Positions 61,799-64,000 of a DNA stretch of 64,000 bases are shown piece after piece. The DNA is taken from contig CDPCPM010000241.1 in the NCBI GenBank assembly GCA_976551045.1, forward strand, positions 6,448,001 through 6,512,000. Reading direction: 5' to 3'. Below the pieces are notes generated by a model, which did not search any database, was not told where the DNA came from, and saw only the letters and a program-made list of their open reading frames with translations. Each line of letters begins with the position of its first letter. Within the stretch, counting starts at the first letter, position 1. The DNA comes from Glaucostegus cemiculus. Lineage: Eukaryota. The translations under genes were made by a program, and so were the position numbers.

Positions 61799-62590
61799 AG
61801 TGTCAAGGGAAATGAGTATGTTACATCCTGTAATGTAGAAGGAAATGGCTTGGGCAATATCTTTAGTCTTCTTAGTTTGTGCACAAATTAGGTTGGGCAC
61901 ATTGAATCATGGCAGGTACAAATGCTGGCTCTAAAATTAAGTTCAAAACTAGCTGGAGCTTCCTGTGGATATTTAAGGACAAGGTTGACACCTTTTTGAT
62001 GTGTTAGTCAGAGCTTAAGCACTTGGTTGTTTCTCAATGTGGACAGGTGGTTGAGGGATTGGCTTTGGCTCTGTATTGCTCCAGAGATTGCATTCTATTG
62101 AGATAGAGCCAGTTCTACTCGATTGCAGCCAATTCAGCAATCCTTCACTTGACAGCTGGAGCCAGTGGGCATTGCTCCAGTTGGCTTCATGGTCTAGATT
62201 TGCCCATCAGGGACAGATGGGTCAACCACAGGTGAATATGCAAGTTCCAGACATCCCTTTAACTAATCCCCTGCCGTCCATTAAAAAATCTGGTCGATTT
62301 CCCTTGTAACAAACTGTAATATGCTATAAAGCTGTGATTAAATTGTTTATCAATGTACATATAAAGCAGATAACCAATTAATAAGCTATCATTGTGAAAT
62401 ATATGTTGAGTCACAGTGGGGTCTATTCTTCATTTCTGTAATGCATCATGTAGTCATTTTCATCAGTAAGCTAGGTTTCTGTGGATCAAAATTATGTTTT
62501 GTAGATGGTTCAATTTTGTGAAAACTAAAATAAATAGCTTTTTAAATATATATCATATTAAAAATAAAATGGGACATTCTCTTTTTGCAG

Positions 62591-62704
62591 TTTACTTTTC
62601 ACTAAAGTCAGACTTGAGGCAGTTCACAAAGGACCAGATGAAGCTCTTGAAACCTGCAAACATATGTTAAATGTGTGGCAGACAACATACAGTTCACAAT
62701 ACAG
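62591..62704 (+). CDS. TTC7A: TTC7A internal coding exon (114 nt, phase 2-2; from memory equals human exon 16)
   Basis: ctttttgcag|T TTA...TACAG|gtaggc; (S)[37 protein letters not shown]. Confidence 0.93.
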
Positions 62705-63059
62705 GTAGGCTTTGCTACTAATATTTCATAGAAAAGGCAATGCACTGGTGCACTTTGAAGCAAAATCAATTTTAATCATTTTCTGGGTTCATGATATGAA
62801 AGGTGTTGTAATACTATAAATTACCTATTTTCCTTCAATTTGAAGTGAAATAGATACCTAAATATCAAGGGCAACAGCCCTCTATATTTATCTAAAACAC
62901 AACCCCTCAACGGCTAGTGTCCAAGGAGATGCAAAGAATTAATATTTCAGGCCAGTGACCTTTTGAAAGATAACATTGTTTGTGTGATGTTGCTGTATTC
63001 AAATTTGTGCAGCTGGCCAGAAATATAATAATGGCACGACACTCCGCTTCTGTTAGAAT

Positions 63060-63870
63060 TTTAACCACATTGTGTTCCTTGTTTGCAAGTTATACATTTT
63101 ACATTTTCTTCAATGATTTGCATCAATGAGACAAGACATATTTTCTTCACTGATTGTGAATTTAATCTGAAAGCTACATGAAAAGGTTACTGCAGCCGCA
63201 TAAACGGTTACTGCACAAAAGAGGAATGATGGTATGGCTAATTAGCTAACTTAACAGAAAATAAAGTCATGATAAATGGGTCCTTCTTGGATTGGCAATT
63301 AGTGACTAATCAGAATTTGCTGTTGGGCCTCAACTATTTACAATAAATATTAATGACTTGGATAAAGGGAGCAAGTGTACTGTCAAATTTACAGATGGTA
63401 TAAAGATGGGTTTGCAAGTTGTGAGGAGGACACAAACAGGGTACAGAAAGATATAGTTAGGTTGAGTGAATGGACAAGAATTTGGCAGATGACGTATAAC
63501 ATGGGAAATGTGAGGTAAGCAATGTTGGAAGAGAGAATGAGAATGCAAATTGAGTGGCACTACAAAAAGTTACTGTACAATGGCCTCTGGAGATTCAAGT
63601 GGATGAGACAGAAGGGGTAATCTTATTGAAGCATGTAATATATGAGGGAGTTTGAAGGATGGATAATGAGAGGATGTTTCCCCTTGAGAAGTTCTCTAGA
63701 ACAGGGCATAGTTTCAGATTAAGAGATGGCCAATTTAAGGAAGTCCAGGAGGTATGGGAAGAGAGCAGGAAAGTGGTCTTGCAGCTAAGAGTGAATCAGC
63801 CATGGTCTCATTGAATGGCAGGGCAGACTTGAGGGATCGATTGTCGTACATCTGCTCCTGTTTCTCATGT
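63060..63870 (+). mobile_element. Decayed CR1 RT and 3' tail
   Basis: LLGLNYL..INDLDKGSKCTVKFTDGIKMG (KFADDTK-like); tail ATTGAATGGCAGGGCAGACTTGAGGG. Confidence 0.75.
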
Positions 63871-64000
63871 TCCAATAATAACAAACATACTCTACAAAAA
63901 AATATATTCTTGACACTGCCCTGGGTTTGTGGTCTTTGCATGTATTTCTGAATGAAAATAGCATTATTATCAAGGTGACTGGCTTTATTTTAAAATAGCT

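Overview
Eukaryotic genomic DNA, most likely from a cartilaginous fish; the repeat families look batoid (ray/sawfish-like), which is an inference from repeat content only. The window lies inside one + strand gene, TTC7A (TPR scaffold of the PI4KIIIalpha complex). Eight GT-AG coding exons (3554-62704; 138, 84, 105, 118, 58, 73, 161 and 114 nt) splice into one uninterrupted 851-nt frame. The start and stop codons are outside the window. The introns hold decayed retroelements: CR1-group and L2 LINEs, Rex1/Babar LINEs, tRNA-derived V-SINEs, a Deu-domain SINE and Penelope-like elements (PLEs), several of them nested. Nearly all ORFs in the supplied track are spurious or LINE/PLE remnants. The most notable signals are (i) minimal type I hammerhead ribozyme motifs in PLE terminal repeats, including a core-intact copy in the sense strand of the TTC7A pre-mRNA and a subfamily with a CUGAUGC core; (ii) recurrent short fold-back PLE derivatives; (iii) an orphan CpG island in the 20-kb intron; and (iv) a U12-type donor motif 6 nt from a U2 donor. 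Repeat boundaries were read by eye and are approximate, and family names come from motif recognition, not a database search. I cannot establish from the sequence alone that any of this is a new biological system.
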